A stretch of DNA of 64,000 nt from Cycas panzhihuaensis (Eukaryota > Plantae > Cycadophyta): the NCBI GenBank assembly GCA_023213395.1, contig CM041465.1, forward strand, positions 124,565,741-124,629,740, written 5' to 3'. Under the pieces are notes generated by a model that was given only the letters and a program-made list of their open reading frames with translations, did not search any database and had not been told where the DNA came from. The position numbers were made by a program, and so were the translations under genes. Position 1 is the stretch's first letter, and each line of letters opens with the position of its first letter. This document shows, one piece after another, positions 12,682-24,567 of the stretch.

Positions 12682-12900
12682 TTCAATAATTTTATTTCTA
12701 TTTGTACTTTAGGTCATTCACAATATGTGTTATTCATCTGAACTCCATTTAAAATGTCTCCTCCCCACCTTATTATCTTGCAACTTAATCATGTTGAAGT
12801 TACCATTAAAAATATCAGAAGAATCTAAGAAATTAGAAAAAATCCAATCCTAATGCCTCTCCCTTTTAATAGGGTATTTTGGAAAAAAAATATTTAGAGA
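12682..12900 (-). mobile_element. Old L1 endonuclease remnant, apparently the target of element E
   Basis: Minus strand reads GNFNMIKLQDNKVG at ~12765-12805, similar to the GDFN...EDKKGG motif of L1 AP-like endonucleases. Confidence 0.35.
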
Positions 12901-13985
12901 CCTTAATAAAAGATAAAAAATTATAGTTAAGATCTGTACACGTCTATTCTTATTATTAAAACTAGTTTAAATAACCTTATTACCAATCCTTGGGTTTAAC
13001 AAAATTGCAAGTCCCCATCTTCCTTTTAGATAAGAAGTAAAATGCTACATACATTTAAGCTAAAATATAAGAAAGAGGAAATTTGAGGTTAAATATAGTA
13101 TATTCAACCTCTTGCAAACATATAATATCTAACTAAAGGAACTTATGATGTGTTCTTTTGACTATAACCCTCCTACATAGGTCATTATATAATAGACCTT
13201 AAATAGTTTAATCAAGTTGGCTTCATTCAACTAGGAAACATGTGCTTATAAAAGCATAATTGAGTGGAGAAATTATTATTATGATTATATATTTTTGAAG
13301 TTAAATTTTAGGATTTAAATCTATCCTCTGTCATTATGTCTAGGCCTACCTAATTACTTAGGCTCACCTTTATTATTAACTAGTGTATGGGGAATTGACT
13401 CTAACATGGTATCTACATTCTTTTTCTAGTATTATTTATACATCATTAGGCACCTCATTCATATCAATTATTTGATATTCATGTTTATTCCCATAATATA
13501 TCTACCTTATTAAGTTCCACTCAAGCTTATACCCCCATAAATATAACAACCATTATGGTCTTAAGTTTGTAGCAAATCCATCTTCATTGTGTTTAGCATC
13601 TAAATGTCATTGTTGTAGTAACACTCTCCCCTTGTCCATGTACTATGGGTATAACAAGCCCTTCATAATGCATAGTGGAATCCATAAAGCGTGCATCAAT
13701 AGTTTATAACATTGTGGCATGGGAAAAACCTTAGTGATAGTATATAGAATCTGTAACTCAACTAAAAACATAATATTATAATTTATTTTAATGTTCCCTT
13801 TGAAATAATTATTTTAATTAATTAGTATGTCATTTAGTTATTTGTGGGTCATATCTTTTTTTTTTGATATGGTAAAATAATATTACAGGGGTTTTAACTG
13901 GGTCCCCAAACCCTGTACATCAAGGCCCAACAACATAGAAAAGATGACCATGACAGGCCCATGGTCTAGCCCAGTATCAAATCTC

Positions 13986-16900
13986 TCATTCTCCTCTGCC
14001 TACCCCTCCAGTATGTGCTTTAGCCCTGACCAATCTCAGTAACTCCTTCGAGAATTCTTCTTTCCAGACTTTTGATCTTCTATTTGACACTGCTTAGTTT
14101 GCCAGCTAATCTGCTACCGAATTCCCTTCCCTATAAATATGCTGAATCTGAACACCGACTTTGGAGCTCAATACATCCTGGACATCCCTGAAGATATCAT
14201 TATTGTCCCATCCAGGGTCCACTTCCCTTTTTAAGTATTTTATTACATACATTAAATAACCCTCTATGACCACCCTTGGCATTTCCTCCTTGTCCATTAG
14301 AGTTACTGCCCTCAACATAGCCCAGACAATTTATTTTTACCCATGATAAATCTGGAGGGTACCACTTAATATCTCTTCTCCTCACTCTATCACCCATCTG
14401 GGGATCTATACCCCACTCTTTAATAATACCTTCTTCCCCCTTGGGTATCCTGTCCCCCTTTGGTTTAACCAGCATTTCTGAAACACCCTTCCTAATCTCC
14501 AAGAGCAGGGTTGGGCTATCCTTCTCTATGCCCTTGAAGATCCTTCTGTTTCGTTCTTTCCATATGTACCAGCTTCCTACCAGGAGGATCATCTTCTAGA
14601 TTCTAATGAGAGTTTTTCTTTTGAAAGGGGGAGTCCAAGCTATCCACTATTCTTTTAAGGATTTAGATGATACCCAAGCTATTCCCATCCCAGAGCAAAT
14701 GCCACTCCAAATGCTCGATGAACAGGGGCAATGAATACTTAGGTGGTCCAGGGTTTCAGCTTCCATCTTGCATAGAGCACACCTGCTTGCCAAATAAAAG
14801 CCCCTCTTCGTGAGATTATCCATTGTGAGTAATTTATTTTGGAGACATAACCACCAAAAAGAAACTATCTTTGGGAGAATCCCTAACTTCCAAACCCCTG
14901 CTAACATGTCGTTCCTATCCCAACCCTCCCTGCTCATCCTCAGATTATAACCAAATTTAACCGTATATGAGCCCGAAGATGAGGGGGGCCAAACCAGAAT
15001 ATCTGACATTGGATGCTTCAGAATATATTGGTTTTCTAATCTCTCCTTCACTATGTGGATCTCCTCCACAGAGCCTTGCAATTCCTCAAACGATGTCCAC
15101 CTCCTATCCTTTCCTTGCCCCATCCAATAATCTTTAACAAGGGGGCTATATCGATTTATACAGTCCCTCTTCATGATGCCAATGTTAGGCAGCTCCTATA
15201 ATTTAGAGTGCCCACACCATCTATCTTCCCAAAACCTTATGCTTTCACCGTCCCCCAATTTCCATCTCATACCTTCGCGAAGGAGGGGCCTCGAGGCCCT
15301 AATGGCCCTCCATACCAGGGAGCCCTCAAAGCAATGCCCCTCCTCTAGCAAGAAGTGATTGTCCCCTAAGTACTTCCTTGCTACAATTCTCCCCCAAACT
15401 GCACCAACTTCTTTAGTGAGTCTCCACCCCATCTTTGCCAGGAGGGCTTCATTAAAAAAGCCCAACCTTCTAACACTAAGACCTCCTGCCCACCTCGGCT
15501 TACATACCCTCTCCCACGACACTAGGTGGATCCTCTTTTTTTCTTTGGCTCCTGACCACAGGAATCTCTTCATGATTCCCTCCAGAGCAGAGATAACCCT
15601 ACTTGGTATTTTAAATACCATCATATGGTAGACCGGGATACTCTGCAGGGAAGCCACCACAAGCTGAATTTTCTCGGCCCAGCTGAGAAGAGCCCCTTTC
15701 TAGCCCGCTAATTTCTTATTGAATCTGCTCACTACTGGATCCCACAAATCCTTCCCCATCTTACCCATGAACAGAGGCATACCAAGATATGAGCTAGGGA
15801 GGGAGCACTTGGCTATCTCCAGAATCCTGCTAATTCTTCTTTGCTACCCCTCTGGCGTGTTGATAAAGAAAGCTGAGCTTTTATCCAAATTGATTTTTTG
15901 GTTTGTAGCTCTTTTGTACATTTGAAGACCCGCTATTAGGGCCCTGGCTTCCCCCAAGGAGGCCCTGCATAGAAAAATATTATCATCTACAAACTGATGG
16001 TGCACAATATTATCTAGGTTAGAGGAAGCTTTCAAACCTGTTAGCCTCCCTATCCGCTGGGCCTCCAAAGTAGCCCTGCCTAGCATTTCAGCCATGATAA
16101 TGAATAAGAAGAGGGAAAGGGGATCACCTTGCCTTATACCCCTCGACCCATTAAAAAAAGGAGTCGACCTCCCATTTATCAATACTGAAAAGGACACTAT
16201 AGATATACAGCATCTCATCTAGTCTCTCCATACCTCCCCAAAACCAAATGCCTTAAAGCAGTCCAACAGACAATCCCAAGCCACCCGGTCATAGGCTTTG
16301 GACATATCTGTTTTAATTATCATGCCTGCTTCCTTACGATGAAACGTCGAGTGCAAGGTTTCATGGATAATTATAATACCATCCGAGATTTGTCTACCTT
16401 TCACAAATCCATCCTGATTAGGAGAGATAACCTCCAGGAGAGTCTCCCTCAGACGGTTTGCTAGCACTTTGGCCAATATCTTGTATTTTACATTACACGA
16501 GCTAATTGGTCTGAAGTCTTCCATAACTTCCACACCCTCCCTCTTCGGAATCAAAGCCAAAAAAGTAGCCTGCCACTCCTTCAAAATTGTTTGGTTTAGG
16601 AAGAATTCATTAAGCGCCAGCATAAAATCATCCTTGATTATCTCCCAATATTCTTGGAAGAATCCTGGAGGGAAACCATCCAGCCCCAGGGCCTTATCCC
16701 TATCCATTTTAAATAAGGCTCTCTTAACCTCCTCCTGAGAGAAGGGTTCTGTCAGTTTTTTGTTAAGGGCCTCCGTGATCACTTTCAGGATATTTTGCAA
16801 AAGAGCTGCCCTAAGGATAGGGTCCTGGTAACCTGGCTCTGTGAATAGCTCCTTAAAATAATCCATCCCAATACCACCAATCTGACCCTCTGCCTCATAC

Positions 16901-18069
16901 ACAACCCCGTCCCTGCTGCAGATTTTAGTAATCCTGTTATGAGCCCTGTGTCTCAAAGTAGACAGATAGAAAAACTTTGTGTTTCTATCCCCTTCCCTTA
17001 TCCACTGCTCTCTGGACTTCTGCTTCCAGAAGATTTCCTCCCTTTCCAGCACATCCTCAAGTTTCCTGGCAGTAAGATGTTCCTTATTATCCAATTCCTG
17101 GGTTCTACCCTCACTCTGGATCCTATCCTCAATCCCTTTGAGTTCCCCTAGGATGACTCCCTTGTCCTCGAAAATATTGCCAAAGGCCTCTCTATTCCAA
17201 ACCTTAATTTGATTCTTAATCCAATTCAATTTCTTCAAAAACCTGAACATGGTACAGCCCTGAACCTGGACTCCCCACCACACTCCGATCCTTTCTCTCA
17301 GATCCGGGTGTTTCTGCCATATTAGTTCAAAATGGAACAGAGTTGCCTTATGAAAAACTGGGATGGTCCCCTCAAGGATAAGAGGCAAGTGGTTCGACCC
17401 AGCTTTCGGAAGGGCTTCCAACCTCACACCTTCAAAGTGGCAGGCCCACTCATAGTTTGTTAACATCCTATCCAATCTACATTGAATGTGATTATGACCT
17501 AATCGCCGATTGGACTAGGTAAACCTAGCTCCTCTGAGGGGGACGTCCATCAGGCCGCCCGATTGGAGGAACACACCTAAATTAGACATACTTTTGGTCC
17601 ACCCACCCTACCCCCCTTTCTTCTCTTCCAGACTAAGGGGTGAATTAAAATCCCCCCCCCACCAGCCAAGGGCCTTCCCATTATTTGTGGAGTTCCACCA
17701 AGCACTCCCATAATCTCCTCCTACCCTCAACCAAAGTAGGGGCGTAGACATTAGTAATCTAATACTCCTTGTTAGTCAAAACACTAACCAAACTGATGAT
17801 TATGAAGTGTTCAAACTTGCATACCTCATAACCTTTCCATCTTTTAGGATTCCAAAGGGAGGCCAGCCCCCAGAGCTTGCTGACCCTACACATGTCTTCC
17901 CTTCTCCCCTTCTCCAAATCTTGTTAAGCACCTCTGTTTCCTTTATCTGTTCTAGTTTGGTTTCCTGCAAAAGTACAAGCTCTACATCTGACCTAATCCT
18001 TAACTCTCTGACCATTCTCTGCTTAGATGGGGCATTTAACCCCCTAATGTTCCAAGAAAGAACTTTCAT
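13986..18069 (-). pseudogene. LINE1 ORF2 (AP endonuclease, reverse transcriptase, zf-RVT, RNase H), disrupted
   Basis: ORF track pieces 17800-18069, 16219-17475, 15844-16218, 15196-15660, 14647-15174, 14200-14592 and 14106-14318, joined by single stops or frameshifts. Confidence 0.95.
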
Positions 18070-18072
18070 GGG

Positions 18073-19544
18073 TCATCCTTTCCTGCTCCTGAGGTTAGGG
18101 TCATCTAACGCACCCCCCTCTTTTAACGTGCTCTGTAAACTCGAGTCTATCTGGGCTTGTGTTTCTTTCTCTCTAGTGGCCTTTTTAGGGGGTTTGCCCA
18201 CCTTCTTCTCTATCCCATAATCTGGGGCCCTCCTAACTTCTAATGTGTTACTTTTTGAAACCCATTTGCGTGTCCCGCCTCCTCCTTTATCTGATTCTGC
18301 TCCTTTAGTTCCTGCTCCTCCTTCGGCTACAATACCTACCTGTCACTCCTCATAACTCTGCTCTCTCAGACCCCCATCCTCGAGCTCAGATAAATAATCC
18401 TCTAAATCCCAATTTATGTTCTTGACAAGCCTGGCCACTGCTGGCTCGTTAACTATGGCAAGAGAGTCTCTTTCCCCCTGCGTCCGGCCAAGCTCCGTTG
18501 ATAGAACTATAGCATCCATCGGCTCCCTCCCCAAATCCCGCCGCGAGGCTTGGACCTGACTACCACCAGTCACCGCATAAGATGCTCCCCTTCCAGACAG
18601 ATTTACCTCCATATCCTTACCCCCGTCTTCCTGACCCAGGGCAGTGTCCATCTCACCACTCTGGGTTTTCACACAACTAGGTGTACCAGTAACATCGAGC
18701 GGTTCCATTCTGGAAGCCTCAATATTTTTGACACCCTCCTCTCTGGAAGCTGCCAATGTCTCCCCCTGGTATCCTCCTCCACCTTTCTTATCTCCTGATC
18801 AATCGTCCTCAGTGGAACCCCTGGACATTGAAAGAGGAGGTGTCCCCTAGACTTGGATTTTGCACACTTAAAGCCTTCCATTTCATAAAATAAGCCTTGG
18901 ATGATGGATCTACCATCTAACTCAATCCCAACCTCAGATGGGAGCTCATTATCGAGCTTTGCCAAAACACAAAATCTGGCATTCATAAATCTGGATCTAT
19001 TTTTTTTCATTGAATCCAAGGCTAGAATTGGCCCAATCAATCTAGTCGCCCCTTTGACCGTCTCTAGGTTCCAGAAGTGCAAAGGGAGACCAAGAAGTTG
19101 AACCCACACCAGAGCTTGTTTAACCACAGGAATGCCCGGATCGAAGTCTGGATGCCATTTCTCTAATGACATGGCCTTCCTCCCAAACATCCATGGGGAC
19201 TTAAGTAAGATGGGAATCATGTCCTCCTGGTTTGAGAATCGGAACAGGACGCATCCCTTTGGCATCGCTATGACTTGGACATGGTTTCTGGTCTTCCACT
19301 TGTTTCTAATCCACTCTCTGATGATGTCTAGACCTGACCTGGGACCCGAGAACCTACCTACCAGGCTATTTTCCCAATACTATATGGTCTTTTCGGTTAC
19401 TTCTTTCGGTATCGTGATTTTATATCTGTTTCCAATTTTAATTGGGATAATGTCTTATTCCTCATGATTTCCAGTTCTTAGTGCATCAAGGTAGGTCCTC
19501 CCCATGGGGGAGGACTGAGATTAGTTCTGAGATGTCTGCATCAT
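18073..19544 (-). pseudogene. LINE1 ORF1 (DUF4283 RRM-like + CCHC zinc knuckle), disrupted
   Basis: ORF track pieces 18669-19265 (PWMFGRK...VWVQL.GLPLHFW...C..GH...C) and 18343-18756. ATG at 19544 aligns with LINE2 ATG at 23066. Contains stops and a frameshift. Confidence 0.9.
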
Positions 19545-21169
19545 AAGGACAGCAGGAGAGAGAACTCAAAAAAACTACAAAAACTGCAGAAACAACAAAG
19601 ACTCACCATAAATTCACTTATCTTTGCTTTGCCAAACCCCCTTGTTTAAGCACTCTGCAGTTCTGGAATGCCGAATGTAAACCAATAAATGTCTATCTCT
19701 ACCTGAAACTTTTGAATCTCTAAAACCCTTGTACAAGCCACTACATAGATCTTGGGGCTGCTCAACGCCGAATCCCAGAGAGGGGGCCGTAATCCTCCAT
19801 CCATAAACAGACACGGCTCTACATAGACCACGAACCTGCCTACCTTTGTCCCAGGATGAGCATGCAGGTCGCACCCTACCCACAGTCCTCTCCAATCCTT
19901 CTGCACTCCAACCGGTGCACCTTTCTCCCACGACTCCGCGATAAAGCAGACGTCCTTCACCGTCTTCACATGTGAATCCTGAGCTGCTTGTGGCCTCACG
20001 CCATCAGGCTGACTCAACTGGGGGGACGCCCCCCCCGCCTTCATCCACGGAACCAACAAACCCTAGCCACCAATGTTATACTGGTTTAGCCTTCACAGTT
20101 CGTCAACCTTTGGGCTATTTGTGGGTCATATCTTGTTAATTATATTTACAAGTTATTTAGTTTCAATTAGTGTTTTCTTGATTAATTCCCTTGAAATTTA
20201 TTATTATATCCTTTAATGCTATTCTTATAATTATTTATTAGCTTCATTAACTCCCATTATTTTATCATTATCTTAAATTATTTCATTTACTCAGTTATTT
20301 ACTTAATTTTATTTTGTTAAGTATATCATTAGCCTTCCTTATTTCATTGCCTATATGTTTTTCTTAATTAGTTAATTAGTCTAAAATGCATTCTTGCTAG
20401 TTTCCTAGGTTCACAATTAGGGATATTTTCACTTGTATTATACACTTTTTAACCCTAACCTAGAACACTACAACATTTTAAATAATTAGGTGTTTAGGCC
20501 TGCAGCATTCCTTTAACTTTAATTCATTCACAATCCACCTTAGTGTAGAAAATGAGAATTAATAAGTATATAAGAGAAACAACCAATGTCAACTAATCAA
20601 TTGTGATTATCCCAAGCTTGTTAATCACAATAATTTAGGATTTAGCCTTCATCATAAAGAAAGCAATAAGAGATATGATTCAAGTATAAGAAATTATACA
20701 AATTGATACCCATTTAAGGGAAACAACCTCTGAATTAATGATATACACCATCCTAAGTCTAAAATTGAGTGAATTATTATAAGGCATATTAACATAATTA
20801 TGACTAATAATAACTCTCTTATTTTGATCCCAAAATATGAGTAATATACAATAATGCAAGGGTGCAAAGTCTAGACTAAAACTATAAAACCCAAGAAATA
20901 GTAAGACATAAAAGGAAGTTATCAATGAAAGACTTCATTATAGGATTAGAGCTAATATTAAGGAGAATTAACAATCCTAATTTAAAAACACAAATAAGGA
21001 TCAACCTCCTTTTGGTAAACACTTGAACAAACTAATAATAACATACCTAAATTACTACAAAAGCCTTTCATTAGAAGACCCAAAGTGGTTCTGTTTAATG
21101 CTTATTTGTAGTGCCTACAAGCCCTCCAAACATATAAGAAAAAAAAGTTTAAAAAATTAACAACATAAT

Positions 21170-21648
21170 ACTCCAATAAGGAATAACGTTCACATAAACC
21201 TATAGCCTAGGTTTACTAAATGGAATAATACTTTTAAATCATAAAAATTGATCATAGTGATAAGGTTACTTTTGCCACCTTACACTCAGATGGCATTACT
21301 TGTATATGGTAGCAGAGTTTAGAATAAAATATTTTTGTGAACTACAACTCATCTTGGGTTTAATTTATTAGGATATTTATAAAATAGTCAAGGCCATATG
21401 AAACATAAACTGCTACTATGGCTTAAGAAGGTTAAGGCAAATAGGTTTAGTAAAAGAATATATTGAGACTTTCTCTAAGTTGGTATACATAGTGAGTGAT
21501 ATTCTCAAGGATGGGAAAAATTAAGTTGTACATTGATGGCCTCACTATGGATATCTAAGTAGATGTTTAAACTACTACCCAATAGAACCTAAATAAAGCC
21601 ATGAGTTTGGCTTGTAAATTTAAAATGAGTGTTGATGCTCTATGAAAT
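21170..21648 (+). mobile_element. Ty3/gypsy gag remnant, 5' part (split by element A)
   Basis: Broken translation FATLHSDGITCIW*Q...LVKEYIETFSKL...KLYIDGL...KAMSLA matches the gypsy retrotransposon-gag pattern. Confidence 0.6.
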
Positions 21649-22079
21649 TGTTAGAATAATGTTATCTTTATTCATGTATTAATATTATTATTTATAAAGT
21701 TCTTTTTATAAACTTACTTTATATATTAATTACTTATTTGGTTCGTTGAAATAGACAACTGCCCATTTTAATGAACCTCTATCTTCCTTAATAGTATATC
21801 TTTTTAGATTTTAGGAAATTGGTCAAGGTTGATGAGGTTAGTCAAATTGATGAGGTGGAGGTTGTACGAAGGTTAAGCTAGCTGGCATCAAAGAGAGAGA
21901 GGATGAGATCCTCTTGATCTCCATTCTTTCCTATATTTGTTCCTTATTTTATGTTATAAAATTATATTATTATGAGGTGGTTTCTTCTCCCCTAAAGGGA
22001 TTTTCCACCTGCCAGATTCTATGCAATGTGTGATTGTTAATTTGTACATAATTCTGACGCTATAACCCTCTCTCCAACA
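21649..22079 (+). repeat. 5' LTR of element A
   Basis: TGTTAG...CCAACA; colinear with 40120-40550. Confidence 0.95.
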
Positions 22080-23065
22080 TGGTATTAGAGCTTGGTTAGT
22101 GAACAAATTCCAAACCTAAAGGTTTATGTGCTAATATGTAAAACTAAAATTTGAAGAATTTGCAAGTAAAACTGTGTTGAGGCTTAAATTTGAGAACTAA
22201 CATGATAACCTACTAGAATTTCAAGTAAGGTTTGCAACCATAAAACCCTATAGTAATTTTGCCAGACATGTTACTTTATGAATTTAAAAAATATTAAAAA
22301 ATTAGAAATTTGTAAAAAAGAGTCAGAGAGCTAGCGTTGACAGAGTGTAAGGTATTTTTATGTTGTTAAATAGTGGAGTTTTTTGGTGTGTTTTCTATTT
22401 CTACAATTGTGTTTAATTCCCTTATAGGAAAAATTTTCCAAAAAAAAAGGGAAATATGGTTGTGTCAAGATAGGGCGAATGGGCAAACGACGAACGACGA
22501 ATGGGCAAACCAGGGAAGACGAACAACCTACGTCGAGTTCTGGCGACTAGGGCTTGCTGGAGATGAAGGTGCAGATGGGGGGGGGGGGATTCCCCCTAGA
22601 TCTTCTATGTGATGGTGTGAGGCTAGGGCAAGTCCAGGATCGCATTTAGGGTATGTGGACAGAAAGACGGGCGCAGGTGAGCTTTTAGAAGGACACAAGC
22701 TTGGTGGAAAGAGGAGCATTGGGATAGGCTGGACAGTCCTGGTTGGGGAGGTTCTTAGCCTCAGATGTCAAGCTAGAAGCATTCTGGTGGCATCCCAATT
22801 GGTAGGTCTACCGACAGTGAAGTGTAGTGGATACATTTTTCTTCTCAAGTTCATGGTATGTCACAGCCTTATTTAGCCAGATCAGGGTGGTACCAGTTAG
22901 TCCGTTGCTCATCCACAGAGGGAGGAAGCCATAGGAGCAGTAGGTGCTTTGCATGGTTCTCTCAAAAACTCAAAGAGGTAGATAACCAAGGCAGACATAA
23001 GGCAAGTATTAGCTGTGATCTGTGGACTCTAATGCTATTTTTTTTGTAAGCTTTGTGTTATATAA

Positions 23066-24567
23066 ATGATGCAAACAATACCAAACTAGTCTCAGTCCTC
23101 ACCCCCAGGGAGGACATACCTTGATGTACTAAGAAATGGAAACTAGGAAGAACTTGAAATATACCTTATCAAGATTGGAAACAGGTATAAAATCTCAATC
23201 CTGAAAGGGGTCATAGAAAAGACTATTCAATACTAGGAGAACAACCTGGTGGGTAGGTTTTCGGGCCCAAGACCAGGGCTGGACATTATCCAAGAATGGA
23301 TTAGAAACAAGTGGCGAACTAGAAACCCAGTACAAGTTATGGCAATACTGAAGGGTTGCATCCTTTTTAGGTTCACTAATCAGGAGGATTTGATTCCTAT
23401 TCTTCTTAAATCACCATGGATGTTTGGAAGGAAGGCCATGACTTTAGAGAAGTGGCACCCAGATTTTGATTTAAGGACTCTGGTGGTTAAATAAACCCCA
23501 GTTTGGGTGTAGATGCCAGGGCTACCCTTACATTTTTGGAATGCAGAGACAGTTAAAGGGGCAGCCAGGACCATAGGGCCTTTACTTGTAATGGACTTAA
23601 CAACTAAACATAGATCCTGGCTGATGAACACAAGATTTTACGTATTGGCTAGGCTTGATAGTGAGCTCCTAGATGAGGTTGAGATAGAGTTAGATGGCCG
23701 ATCCATTATCCAAAGTTTATTCTTTGAGGTGGAGGGCTTTAGATGTGAAAAATGCAAGTGCATGGGGCATCTCCCCTTTCAATGCCCAGGGATTCCAGCA
23801 AGGATGGAGAAGCAGGAAGAAGGTAAAGAGAAAGAGAAAGGAGTAGTAGAAGGAGGTGTAGGGATCGAGGCACCTAAAGAAGCTGAGCTAATTAATGACC
23901 AAGGAATGGACGTAGAGTTGGACCACGCATTAGAATGCCCCAATGAGAATTTAAAAGATGGTGAGAATCTAGTAGATAACGTAGCCCAGGGTAAAGGTAG
24001 TAAAGAACCAGTAGAAACTATGGCAGAAAAGGGAGATTCCAGGGGAGTAGAGGATGACAAAAACACAGTTTCAGCTCAATGCGTGGTAGAGGGATTTAAA
24101 AATCAAGCGAGGGAGGTTGGTTGGACTCCTGGTGGTGGGGTATCCTCCCCCCCAGCTATAGAGCCAGCCTTGGCTCGACTGATGAAGAGTATTAACTGGG
24201 ATTTAGAGGATTATTTTTTAGAGCCCAAAGAGGGGGGTTCTCGAGAGCTGCCTCAAGCGAAGGAACAGGCAGGTGCCATAGTCAAAGGTTTAGCTGGAAC
24301 TGGGGCTAAGGACCCAGATAAGGGGGGAGGCATGACTCGTAAATGGGTCTCTAAGGGTAACTTACCAGATTCGAAGAATGCCCCAGACTATGGGATGGAG
24401 AAGAAGGTGGGAAGACCTCCTAAAAAGGCTTCCAGAGATAGGGAAACCCAAGCGCAGATTGATATGGTTTCCAGAGCACGTTAAAGGAGGGGGGGGGGGG
24501 GGGTTACAGGGCCCTACCCTTAGAAGTAGGAAGAGTTAAGGGGGGGTCTCTTCCGGGATATCCATGA
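23066..24567 (+). pseudogene. LINE2 ORF1, disrupted
   Basis: ORF track 23249-23494 and 23513-24484 (GLPLHFW, CEKCKCMGHLPFQC). Confidence 0.9.

Larger units (their letters stand above)
13856..20115 (-). mobile_element. Full-length L1-clade LINE 'LINE1' (5' UTR, ORF1, ORF2 EN-RT-zf-RNaseH, poly(A)), inactivated
   Basis: Perfect TSD TATTTGTGGGTCATATC at 13839-13855 and 20116-20132. T10 tail at 13856-13865. ORF fragments with SWNIRGL, QETK, LDRML, FRPIS, KAYDRV, RQGDPLS, QFVDD, HLVSW, zf-RVT CALC and HIYREGNSVAD. Confidence 0.97.

Noticed and set aside
15173-19467. Numerous plus-strand ORFs over LINE1, and minus-strand ORFs over LINE2 and B
   Set aside because: Antisense shadows of retroelement coding sequence.
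19614-20059. ORFs of 105 and 137 aa in LINE1's 5' UTR (possible extra ORF)
   Set aside because: Non-ATG starts and no counterpart in the homologous LINE2 5' UTR.
22622-22630. GCTAGGGCA as an alternative left TSD for LINE2
   Set aside because: Homology to LINE1's 5' UTR extends upstream of it to ~22540, so it lies inside the element.
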